A stretch of DNA of 64,000 bases from an uncultured Acidimicrobiia bacterium (lineage in GTDB: Bacteria > Acidobacteriota > Terriglobia > Versatilivoradales > Versatilivoraceae). This document shows positions 39,817 through 48,858 of this stretch, piece by piece. Both the position numbers and the translations under genes were made by a program. The stretch is from NCBI GenBank assembly GCA_963786955.1, contig CAWBAT010000005.1, positions 128,001-192,000 on the forward strand. Reading direction: 5' to 3'. The notes below the pieces were generated by a model that saw nothing but the letters and a program-made list of their open reading frames with translations, was not told where the DNA came from and made no database searches. Within the stretch, counting starts at the first letter, position 1. Each line of letters opens with the position of its first letter.

Positions 39817-40671
39817 TTTCTTTTCCTCCCGCGTTTCTTCCTTTTAGAAATCTCTTTCTCTTTCCGGGCTCGATAACTTTTCTGGTTCTTATGCCGCTCC
39901 ATACACCGGCTACTCGCAGGGCCTGAGCTCCCCTCTGTATCCCAGGGGAGCCGGGCAATATTTCATCCTTCCACTTGTCGCAATAAAAGGGCGGTGACAA
40001 TGCAGGCAACGGCGAATAGAGGCTTGTGTAGCGGAATCAGCAACAAGCCAATAAATCACATCCAACAAGCAACCCGGGTGAAAGCCTCTTTTGATTCCCC
40101 CGGCGTCAATCTTGATTATGCAGCGCATCCCCTCAAGATTTTTGGACAATACCGTTTTGATGATTTCCTGGGCGATTTCCTTATGATTGGGACCCAGTGG
40201 CCTCCAGGCCTGGTAAGGGTATAGATGAACGCGATAAGCGTATGAGTAGAGGATTTGCGGCTTTCCATGTTTAATGCTGATGAGTGAATCGAGAACCTCC
40301 TTTAGAGATGCAGGCCCGGCCTGAAGGCCTTCTATGAGGTCCATGAGAAGCTTAACTGTTTTGGCATGGGCCGAAATCCAAGTGACAGGATCTCCTTTTA
40401 AGGGGCTGTACCCCAAAAGCCCGTAGCGGCGGGCAAAATCGAGGATGGCCGATTCATCTTGATTAACGAGTTTTGCAAACTCCCCGGGCAATTCAGGGCG
40501 GGCCATTGGTAAATACCGCGCTACTTTTGGAGAATCAGCCAAGCCGAAATCTTGCTTCCCATCTGTCCCAACAAGCGACCCCTCAACAATCCGATAGTTC
40601 TCGAAAACCGGCCACAATGCAGTAACCATGCGGGTTTTCGCTTCCTCAATTTCATCATACGGAATATTCAT
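39813..40671 (-). CDS. Zn-finger (CGNR-like C-terminus) protein with one frameshift
   Basis: RCLHC..F..KYCP; removing one base from C4 at 39930-39933 restores SRCMERHKNQKSYRAR..RK*, with the stop overlapping the int ATG. Confidence 0.65.
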
Positions 40672-40791
40672 TTCCTGACCTTCATTATTCATACTGTTTA
40701 AATACGTTGAAACAGTGTTAAACATTCTTCTATATTCTAGTCTGTACGGTGTTGGAGTGCAACAAAATTATTCAGGAAAGGATGAAGCACT

Positions 40792-40989
40792 ATGAAGAAC
40801 TCGAAAGAAAGCGTTGAGCGGTCGGCTTTTTTCCCAAAGGAAGTTGCTGAGAAAACCGGGCTCAGTTTGGCTTTCGTTTGGAAAGACATTCGAAAGGGCG
40901 GCCTACAATCTTGCCGAGCTGGGCGCCGGATTCTGATTTCAGCCCGGGAATTAGAACGCTACTTACAAGAAGGAAGCAGGAAGAACTAA
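40792..40989 (+). CDS. Excisionase / AlpA-like HTH protein
   Basis: EVAEKTGLS..VWKDIRKGGLQSCRAGRRILIS..L..YL; divergent from int. Confidence 0.85.
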   Translation: MKNSKESVERSAFFPKEVAEKTGLSLAFVWKDIRKGGLQSCRAGRRILISARELERYLQEGSRKN

Positions 40990-41002
40990 AAGGGGATTAA
41001 CC

Positions 41003-41218
41003 ATGAAAACAACCAATATGCAATTGCCATTGATGTATCCAGAACCCAGGCCGGAGTGTGACGAGGAGTCAGCACTCACCCGCGGATTGCGGGCTGATTT
41101 TGAATTTCTAAAAAGACAAAGTGCTGAGATGGCAGCTTCATATAAGCGGAAAATTTCTCAGCTTGAAAAAAGCTCGCCCAGGTTAAAGCCCAGGTGTTGC
41201 CTTTTGACTAAGGGGTAG
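41003..41218 (+). CDS. Hypothetical protein
   Basis: 71-aa ORF with RBS, between xis and primase. Confidence 0.45.
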   Translation: MKTTNMQLPLMYPEPRPECDEESALTRGLRADFEFLKRQSAEMAASYKRKISQLEKSSPRLKPRCCLLTKG

Positions 41219-41221
41219 CCA

Positions 41222-43447
41222 ATGGCAAAAGAAAAGCCCGCTGGAGTAAACAGCGGGCCTGGAACAAATTCCAATAAACAGAATCATTCTAGCACACCCG
41301 CGCCCTCTCTTCCTGAGTTTCTGTCTGCTTTTTTTGGTTCTGATGAACCCATACACTTCCGGGCCTTTGGGCCGAAGGGCTGCGATTCCAACAAGCTGGA
41401 ATTTAAGCCAATCAAGCGAATGGCAACACTCGAAGAACTCCCCGGGCTAAAAACAGACCTAGTGAAAATCAATCGCACCCGAGGGCTTTACTTTGTAGTA
41501 AACCCCGGAGGCGACAAAGATTCAGACATTTCCCGTTATACCGCGGCCTTTGTAGAAAGCGACACCCGGCCTATCTCAGAGCAACATTCAGTTTTAGATA
41601 AAGCCCCTCTTCCCTCTTCCATTCGAGTTGAAACAAAAAAATCCGTACATGCTTATTGGCTACTCAAGCCCGGCGGTACAGAGGCCCAATGGAGGCAAAT
41701 GCAGGCCGGGCTATTGGCCCATTTCGGCGGAGACCCGGCAATCAAGAACCCTTCCCGGGTGATGCGGCTCCCATTTTTCAAGCATGTTTCATTGAACGGC
41801 TCGGGCTTGGTTTACAAGCGGGTTGAGCTTCGGCAATTCGACCCGGAGCGGCGCTATTCGGCTGAAGAACTGTTGAAAGCTTTTCCCGCTCCCCAGGATG
41901 AGCCGGGGCCAAGGGAAGAGACAAAAGGGAAGAACCCCGGCATTTATACAACCTGGGATGAATTGAACGCGGAACTGCGGCGCCGGATTGCGGCGCATCC
42001 AAGCGCGGCTATTAGGCCGGACGGAACAATCCATTCTCAAGGCGTCTGCCATGCTGGAAAGAGTATTGGAAAGGCCGGGGCTTTGATTCTATTCCCGGGA
42101 ACCGGGGCCTTTAGCTGTACGTCGGGATGTGAGACCCCGGCCATTCTGAAGGCCTTCGGGCTTCCTGAGAAGCCGGAGGGGAGGGTTGAGGTTGACTTGA
42201 ATTCAGGCTCGGAAGAAGAAGAGGCCTCCCCACAATTGACGCTTGAGCCGGAGGCCTTTCAAGGGATTCTTGGCGACATTGTAGGGACGATTGAACCACA
42301 CACAGAGGCCGACCCCGCGGCTTTGTTGGCTCAATTCTTGGTTGCTCTCGGGAACTTGATCGGGTTCGGGCCTTATGTCAAAGCGGACGGGGGCTTGCAT
42401 GGAACTAATCTGTTTGCTGTTTTAGTTGGCAAGTCAAGCAAGGCTAGAAAAGGAACTTCCTGGGGCTGGGTTCATTCGATTATGAAAGAGGTTGATGAGA
42501 TTTGGGAATCTAAGCGCATTGCGTGCGGGCTCTCTAGTGGAGAGGGCCTGATTTACGCTGTGCGGGATCCGTTGGAAAAAAGAGAAGGGCCCCCGGGATC
42601 CCGGCGTTGATGACAAACGCTTGCTTGTTGTAGAGACCGAATTCAGCGCGGCACTCAAATCAATGAACCGGGAAGGCTGCACTCTCTCTGCAATCATTCG
42701 GCAAGCATTTGACCGGCAAACCCTCCGCACCCTAACCCGGAATTCCCCTATTAGTGCGACTGAACCGCATGTGTCAATCATTGGGCACATTACCGCGGAT
42801 GAATTAAGAAGGCTTCTCACCGAGGTTGAGTGTTGGAACGGGTTCTCCAATCGGTTTCTATGGCTTTTCACTCGCAGAAGCAAACTATTGCCCGAGGGCG
42901 GGAAACTTGATGCAGCGGCCCTTGTGCCTTTCTATGAGCCCCTGCGCAAAGCGGTCAATTTTGCGCGTACCGTTGATGAGGTAGGACGTACTGAGGAATT
43001 TAGAGGGCGATGGGCGGAAGTCTATCCGGCGTTGAGTGCTGAGCATCCGGGGCTATTGGGTGCGGTAATAAGCCGGGGGAGGCGCTTACTCTTCGGCTCT
43101 CTCTTCTCTACGCCCTGCTTGATTCTTCGCCCATCCTGAAAGAGAAGCATCTAAAAGCGGCCCTGGCTGTTTGGCAATATGCCGAGGATTCGGCCCGGCT
43201 GGTGTTTGGTAAGAAAGCGGGCGATGCCTTGGCTAACAAGATTCTCGAATTCCTGAGTCAGTCTGAAGGCGGGCGGCTGAGCAAGACTGAAATATCAAAT
43301 AAGTTAGGCCGACATCAGAAGGCGGAACGTATTGATGAAGCCCTTGACACCCTTCGAAGGCTTGGGTTGGCAGAGTGTATTCAGCAAGAAACAGAAGGCA
43401 GGCCTATTGAACTATGGAAAGTTAAGAGTGCGAAACAAGCGAATTAA
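41222..43447 (+). pseudogene. RepB-type primase fused to a DUF3987 helicase-like domain and C-terminal HTH; two 1-bp frameshifts
   Basis: GLYFVVNPGG..FVESD..HAYW..DPAIKNPSRVMRLP; VGKSSKARKGTS, SSGEGL, (DPGVDDKR)LLVVETEFS, NGFSNRFL, (SRGEALTLRLSLLYALLD); shifts near 42597 and 43077. Confidence 0.8.
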
Positions 43448-43501
43448 GCGAATTAAGCCCCTATTTTCGACCCTTATTTCATCAATTTCGCTTATTTCGC
43501 A
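43429..43501. repeat. Iteron-like 9-mer array (putative ori)
   Basis: gcgaaacaa-gcgaattaa-gcgaattaa followed by inverted atttcg-cttatttcgca. Confidence 0.6.
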
Positions 43502-43525
43502 CCCTGAGAGTTGAGGTTAGAAGCA

Positions 43526-43783
43526 ATGAGTTACTTGGGAATCTTAAAGAAAGCTGAGGGGCAAGGGTACGGCCCCGGAAGGCCCTCCCCTGAGAACGCG
43601 AAGCGCGGCATCGAGGAAAGAAATGCAGAGGCTAGACTACTTCTTAATGAACTCGATCGGGCTTATAACATGGCGTTCTTTGAGCTCTGCATCCGCGGAA
43701 TTGCTGAAGATGAGGGCCGCAAGAGAGCAATGCAAGAGACAACATCGAGTGAGGTTTATAGAAGATGGAGAGCATTGAGATGA
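43526..43783 (+). CDS. Hypothetical protein
   Basis: GAGG RBS; begins MSYLGILKK; directly after the ori repeats. Confidence 0.55.
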   Translation: MSYLGILKKAEGQGYGPGRPSPENAKRGIEERNAEARLLLNELDRAYNMAFFELCIRGIAEDEGRKRAMQETTSSEVYRRWRALR

Positions 43784-43831
43784 CAACCAATTCCATTACA
43801 ATAGACAACTTGTTTGTTATCAATTGGGTAC

Positions 43832-43910
43832 GGGAGGGGAGGGGAAAATCCCTGCCCAGGCCGAGTGAGACCATGCGCCGACCCTTTCCGTAGCTGAAAT
43901 TAGGTTTTTT
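43832..43910 (+). other. Putative cos packaging site
   Basis: gggaggggaggggaaaatccctg...agaccatgcgccgaccc...gaaattaggtttttt immediately upstream of terS, resembling cos regions of P27/HK97-type phages. Confidence 0.5.
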
Positions 43911-43925
43911 TAATTAGAGGTGATT

Positions 43926-44282
43926 ATGAATTACCGCAGAGCCCCCGGGCATTTGTCAAAAGAGTCAAAAAGTTGGTGGAAACTCATCTTCAATTCATAC
44001 GAGATGGATGAAAGCGGCTCATTCATTCTTAGACAGGCGTTGGAATGTTACGACCGCCTATTAGAGGCACGGCAAGACATTAAAAAAAACGGGCTGACGA
44101 TTTCTGACCCCGTGACAAAGCAACTAAGACAGAACCCGGCCCTGAAAACGGAGAAGGAAGCGAGGAGCGGCTTATTGCAGGCATGGCGGCTGATGAGAAT
44201 TGATATTGAACCCCCACGGCCCACGGCGGGCAGGCCTCCACAGGGGAAGAAAGGAGCGCGGTTCTTTCATGGCAACGATTAG
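43926..44282 (+). CDS. terS: Phage terminase small subunit, P27 family
   Basis: APGHLSKESKSWW..L...LECYDR..A...IKKNGL.....QNPAL......L......L..D..P..GRP. Confidence 0.85.
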   Translation: MNYRRAPGHLSKESKSWWKLIFNSYEMDESGSFILRQALECYDRLLEARQDIKKNGLTISDPVTKQLRQNPALKTEKEARSGLLQAWRLMRIDIEPPRPTAGRPPQGKKGARFFHGND

Positions 44283-44715
44283 ATACAAAACCCGCAAGAG
44301 GTTGTCAGGCTCAAATGAATTCACCCAGGCCAATCGAGAGCATTTGTTGAAGGGATTTCACTTCTTCGGAAAAAGTTATCCCGCAACACCCGAAGGCAAT
44401 AATGCTATGCGAGCCGATTGGTTTAGACATCGGGCTTCGCTCATGCGGGAGCACATTTCCAAAAAACCGGGAACAAGGCCCTGGGCTTGGTGGCTGTATG
44501 AGTCCAAAGAGCCCCGGCGGCTTTTGTCTGGGAAGGCCTGGGATTGCAGCGAAAAACTGTCTATGGGCAAGCCGAGCCTTTATGAAAGAGACGAGAATGA
44601 CCTGCCCCATTGGGAGTGGCAAAGCGAATATTTGAAGCGGCTGAATCTATTGACACCCGATGAACGCCGGGCCCTTTGGTTCGCAGATGAAGAGAAGCTG
44701 AAAAAGGGAATTTAG
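44269..44715 (+). CDS. Hypothetical protein with PGTRPWAWW motif
   Basis: AAGGAG RBS, overlaps the terS end; ends YLKRLNLLTPDERRAL. Confidence 0.7.
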   Translation: MATIRYKTRKRLSGSNEFTQANREHLLKGFHFFGKSYPATPEGNNAMRADWFRHRASLMREHISKKPGTRPWAWWLYESKEPRRLLSGKAWDCSEKLSMGKPSLYERDENDLPHWEWQSEYLKRLNLLTPDERRALWFADEEKLKKGI

Positions 44716-45001
44716 AGCTGAACCCGAAAGAGCTTAAAGAGCAAGAAGCTTTCAGAGAAACACTTTTCAGGGAGAATTCAGAAAAAGTTGTGCGGCTTCC
44801 CAGAGGGAGAACGGTGGGGGATTTATGAGCGATGAGAATTTTGCATTTTGGCTAGCACAAGAACATAATTGAAATCCTATTCGTCGCACAGCACTTGAAT
44901 CCGAATTCCAATAGAGAGTTTATTAAAATCGGCTGTCATGGTTTAGGCGTAAGGGTGGAAATAGAATCGATCCTGAATCCTTGCGTTTAAGGGGGAAGGC
45001 T

Positions 45002-46207
45002 ATGGGATTTCTATCCAAATTGTTTGGCAAAACCACTAAAAAGGATGCACCAATAGAAGTTAACGTTTCAGGAGAATTTTCAGTAAATGTAGTCGGTGAA
45101 TCGCATTACCAGGAGCACCTTGAGAGAATTTGTGGCGGCCGTAGAGAAGAAGGATCAAGAATGACAATTGCAGCTCAATTAATATATGACAACAATAATC
45201 CATACGATAATAACGCTATAAGGATAGACATCCTTGGGAAGCCGGTGGGATTTCTTTGTAAAACAGATGCCGAGAATTATCGAACTTGTATGCTTTCTAA
45301 GGGATTTGATGGAAGGACTGCCACTTGCATGGCAAAAATATCTGGAGGATGGAAACGAGAAAGCGGAGATATCGGTGCCTTTGGAGTGGTTCTATATATA
45401 CGAGAGGAATTCTTTCAGATCGTTGCAGATAATATTCCTTCTTTACATCGCAATGACGGCACTGTTGATACGGCCGAAACAACTTTTTGGGTTGAAGATG
45501 CAGTGGTCTGGGAATTACCGGAATGTCGTCTAGGCGATTTCGTTAAATTTTGGATACCGAAAGATGATCCGGATCTGGTATTCATATATCGTCGGAGATC
45601 TGTTGGAGGCACTGGCAGAATTGGAGTTGTACCCTACAGACATGCTCGGGCCATTGCCGGTCATATGTCTGACGAGTCTGGGGAACGGGGGGAATGTGAA
45701 ACCGAAATAGTTTCGCTTGACAGCAATCACTGCAAGATCAGATATCGACTCATTTCAGAGACTGAGACAGCGGCCAATAAGGCTAAGAAATTAGAGTTAC
45801 TAAGAGCCGATAAGGCTAAGAAATTAGAGTTACTAAGAGCCGAGTTGACAAAGAAATATACACCAAGTAAACCATTTACGATTTTTATTGATCCCAAGGG
45901 TGCCAAAGCCCTGAAATCCGGCGAAAAACTTAAAATTGAATTTGATGAACTCGAATTCTATGTTCGCGATCAATATAAATGGCAATTCAGGCTAATCGAC
46001 AAAAAGGGGAGAACCATTAGCCCAAAGTGGGTTGCCGGTGGCAACATGAAGAAAATTTTGAAGGCACATTTCAATGAGTATTCTTTTGATGTCGAAGTCG
46101 TATCAGCTACCAAGAAGCTTAACGAGTACTGTTATAGTGATATTGAATTGCGTGTTACTCCTTATAAAGGTGAAATCCCCTCCCGGGGACAATCACCAGT
46201 AACGTAA
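45002..46207 (+). CDS. HIRAN-domain protein
   Basis: VVGESHYQEHL..NPYDNNAIRI...PVGFL; AT-richer than the host genes. Confidence 0.75.
   Translation: MGFLSKLFGKTTKKDAPIEVNVSGEFSVNVVGESHYQEHLERICGGRREEGSRMTIAAQLIYDNNNPYDNNAIRIDILGKPVGFLCKTDAENYRTCMLSKGFDGRTATCMAKISGGWKRESGDIGAFGVVLYIREEFFQIVADNIPSLHRNDGTVDTAETTFWVEDAVVWELPECRLGDFVKFWIPKDDPDLVFIYRRRSVGGTGRIGVVPYRHARAIAGHMSDESGERGECETEIVSLDSNHCKIRYRLISETETAANKAKKLELLRADKAKKLELLRAELTKKYTPSKPFTIFIDPKGAKALKSGEKLKIEFDELEFYVRDQYKWQFRLIDKKGRTISPKWVAGGNMKKILKAHFNEYSFDVEVVSATKKLNEYCYSDIELRVTPYKGEIPSRGQSPVT
45777..45843 (+). repeat. Perfect in-frame 33-bp tandem duplication
   Basis: ataaggctaagaaattagagttactaagagccg x2 (KAKKLELLRA twice). Confidence 0.95.
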
Positions 46208-46375
46208 TTTGGGGCGGAGCGAGCGGGATTCAAATCTTTGCGCCCGCACCCTTCTTTAATTTTAAGAACATTGTTTTATTTATAGCCCGTGACCTATGAT
46301 ATTCTGCTTTAAGGTCAGTTCTTTTCAACTAAACAATTGTGTGTGGTCGGACTCCCATCCCCGAAAGGAGACTCT

Positions 46376-47227
46376 ATGCCGATTGTACCAACCAAAGTAT
46401 CCGAGAGACTCTCGGCTGGTATCAAACGTTTTCAACCCATTCTGGCTTCCGCCAAATCGCGGGACGTAAACGAATCAGACACTGTGATCATAGTGACCGA
46501 CATGATGGCAGACATTTTCGGCTATGACAAATATTCAGAAATTACCTCGGAATTCAGTATTCGTGGAACATTTTGCGATTTAGCAATTAAGCTGGATGGC
46601 TCCCTACAGTTTCTTATCGAAGTAAAGGCAATCGGGCTTGACCTTAAGGAATCCTATATCAAACAAGCTGTTGATTATTCTGCCAACCAAGGCTCTGAAT
46701 GGGTACTTCTCACCAACGGAGAAATATGGAGAGTTTTTAAGGTGAGCTTTTCGAAACCAATAGAACAAGAACTCGTCCTTCAATTCAACTTTGCCCAGTT
46801 GAATCCCAAAAAGGCAGATGATCTTGAACTTGTCTACCACATTACACGAGAAGGTTGGCTCAGATCAGCGCTTGGTGACTTCCATGCTCAAAAACAAGCT
46901 TTAAGCCGATTCTTTCTGGCCGCTATGGTAACTGGTGATGGTGTATTGGATGTCATTAGAAAAGAAATCCGCAAACTGTCTCCAGACGTCCGAATAAGCA
47001 ACGATCAAATCCGGACCGTTTTAATGCAGGAAGTCTTAAAGCGTGAAGTTGTCGAGGGAGAGAAAGCTGAAGAGGCAAAAAAGCGGGTCCAAAAGGTCGC
47101 AGGCAAGGTGGTCAAATCTAAGCAGCCAAAAACATCAGAATCCCTCGCCACAAGAGAAGAAAAGGAGACCGCCGGTAGCAACGCAATGGAACTTAAAGCA
47201 AAAGAAAACCAACAAAGACAAAATTGA
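46376..47227 (+). CDS. Standalone HsdR-N-like PD-(D/E)xK nuclease
   Basis: NESDT..FGYD..EI..E..IRGTFCDLAI..LIEVKAI..QAVDY..LTNG.IW; AAGGAG RBS. Confidence 0.85.
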   Translation: MPIVPTKVSERLSAGIKRFQPILASAKSRDVNESDTVIIVTDMMADIFGYDKYSEITSEFSIRGTFCDLAIKLDGSLQFLIEVKAIGLDLKESYIKQAVDYSANQGSEWVLLTNGEIWRVFKVSFSKPIEQELVLQFNFAQLNPKKADDLELVYHITREGWLRSALGDFHAQKQALSRFFLAAMVTGDGVLDVIRKEIRKLSPDVRISNDQIRTVLMQEVLKREVVEGEKAEEAKKRVQKVAGKVVKSKQPKTSESLATREEKETAGSNAMELKAKENQQRQN

Positions 47228-47468
47228 TCTACCTCATTTGCTAGAAGTCCTCATCAGGAAAAGCCTTTCTTAGAACTCCCTTCCATGCCCAGCATGACAC
47301 CTTACCCCATTTTTTATTGTCACTACCCTCTGTCACTAGGCTCTGCTTGTCTTGAATTGACTGAAAATCACACTTTCTCATTTATGTCACTCAAAACAGT
47401 AACCATATATCTCTTCGTTTAACTCCAGTTAAGTTTGTGTAAGTTATTGATTATAAGTAAGATAGCAC

Positions 47469-47513
47469 CTCTTAATCAGTAGGTTCTGGGTTCGATTCCC
47501 GGGCGGCTCACCA
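47469..47513 (+). repeat. attR core (45 bp, tRNA-Lys 3' half)
   Basis: Identical to 38649-38693; no tRNA 5' half. Confidence 0.95.
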
Positions 47514-47519
47514 ACAAAC

Positions 47520-47733
47520 TTCCAATTTCTTCAGTTCCAGTTTTGGTGCTCGTTGCGCTTTGGTTCAGCACGTTAACTGCGGCTTTCATATACCCGGGTG
47601 AAATATGAGCAAATCGCATAGCCACCTTCATATCTTGTTGTCCGAGCAACCGGCAAACGTTGCATAGATCAACTCCAGCCATTACAAGTACGTGGAGATT
47701 GTTAATCACTCGGGGCAACCGAGTGACTCGCAC
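47520..47733 (-). pseudogene. C-terminal relic of a second tyrosine integrase
   Basis: LVMAGVDL..V.RLLGQQDMKVAMRFAHISP..MKAAV.VL matches the integrase box II pattern with H to Q and Y to F. Confidence 0.75.
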
Positions 47734-47955
47734 ATTTTTCCCTTGAATAGTTTCATTTCTTTTACCGGATCTTGCTCAAGCTTCCTATTACGGCCAGCCC
47801 GATGAGGTGCATGAATTGCCGATCTTAATAAGATTGTCGTTCATTGCTTCAGAGACCAATTGTTGCGATGGAAAGGCATTGAAGCCACCGAAAAACTTGC
47901 TTCCTCATCCAATGCCAATGTAGTTATTATTGGAGAAGGCGCGGAAGGAAAATCT

Positions 47956-48831
47956 TTGGACGAAACACTCAAACTCATGTGCGTTTTGGCGCACCCAGAT
48001 GATGAATCCCTGGGCATGGGGGGAACACTGGCCCGATATGCTGCCGAGGGAATCGGGACGTATCTCATTACGGCAACCCGAGGAGAACGCGGACGATTCG
48101 GCCTCAGAACCAGGAACCCGGGCTTGAAGGCAGTCGGTCGACTGCGCGAAGCAGAATTGCTCTCTGCCGCCCAGGAGTTGGGGATCCGTGAAGTCAGTTT
48201 CCTGGACTATGTTGACGGGGATCTGGACCAAGCCGAACCAAACGAGGCCGTGTCCAGAATTGTCTCTCACCTGCGTCGAGTCCGGCCCCAGGTCGTCGTT
48301 ACTTTTGGCCCGGAAGGGGCTTATGGCCACCCCGATCACATTGCCATCAGCCAGCTTACGACAGCGGCCACGCTGCGGGCTGCCGATCCAAGTTTCAAGA
48401 TTTCTCACACGAAAGGGAGGAGCGTCAGGCCTCATTGTGTGTCGAAGCTTTATTACATGGCCTGGACAAGGAAAAAATGGGACGCGTACCAGTCAGCTTT
48501 TCGCGATTTGAAGACGACAATAGATGGTACTGAGAGAAGGGCCAACCCTTGGCCTGACTGGGCCGTCACTACACACATTGACACGCTTCCCTATTGGACT
48601 ACCGTCTGGCGGGCTGTCCAGCAGCACCGGACTCAGCTAGCAATCTACAGTCGACTCGAGAGCCTGCCGGAGGAGCACCACAAAGCCCTTTGGGGGTCTC
48701 AAGAATACTATCGCGTTTTCAGCCTGGCCAATGGGGGTCGAAAGAAAGAGACCGATCTGTTTGAAGGGCTACGGCCGGCCACCGGCCACAATTCGTTCAA
48801 CGCCGAGACTGGCCGACAACGTCAAGCATGA
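47956..48831 (+). CDS. PIG-L/MshB family deacetylase
   Basis: AHPDDES, ATRGERG, R.AEL..AA..LG, GAYGHPDH; TTG start inferred. Confidence 0.92.
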   Translation: MDETLKLMCVLAHPDDESLGMGGTLARYAAEGIGTYLITATRGERGRFGLRTRNPGLKAVGRLREAELLSAAQELGIREVSFLDYVDGDLDQAEPNEAVSRIVSHLRRVRPQVVVTFGPEGAYGHPDHIAISQLTTAATLRAADPSFKISHTKGRSVRPHCVSKLYYMAWTRKKWDAYQSAFRDLKTTIDGTERRANPWPDWAVTTHIDTLPYWTTVWRAVQQHRTQLAIYSRLESLPEEHHKALWGSQEYYRVFSLANGGRKKETDLFEGLRPATGHNSFNAETGRQRQA

Positions 48832-48858
48832 ACTTACCTAAACCTTGGAGGCGCACCG

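Noticed and set aside
46376-47227. Type I R-M system
   Set aside because: No helicase domain, hsdM or hsdS.
47469-47513. Second tRNA gene
   Set aside because: Only the 3' 45 nt are present; it is attR.
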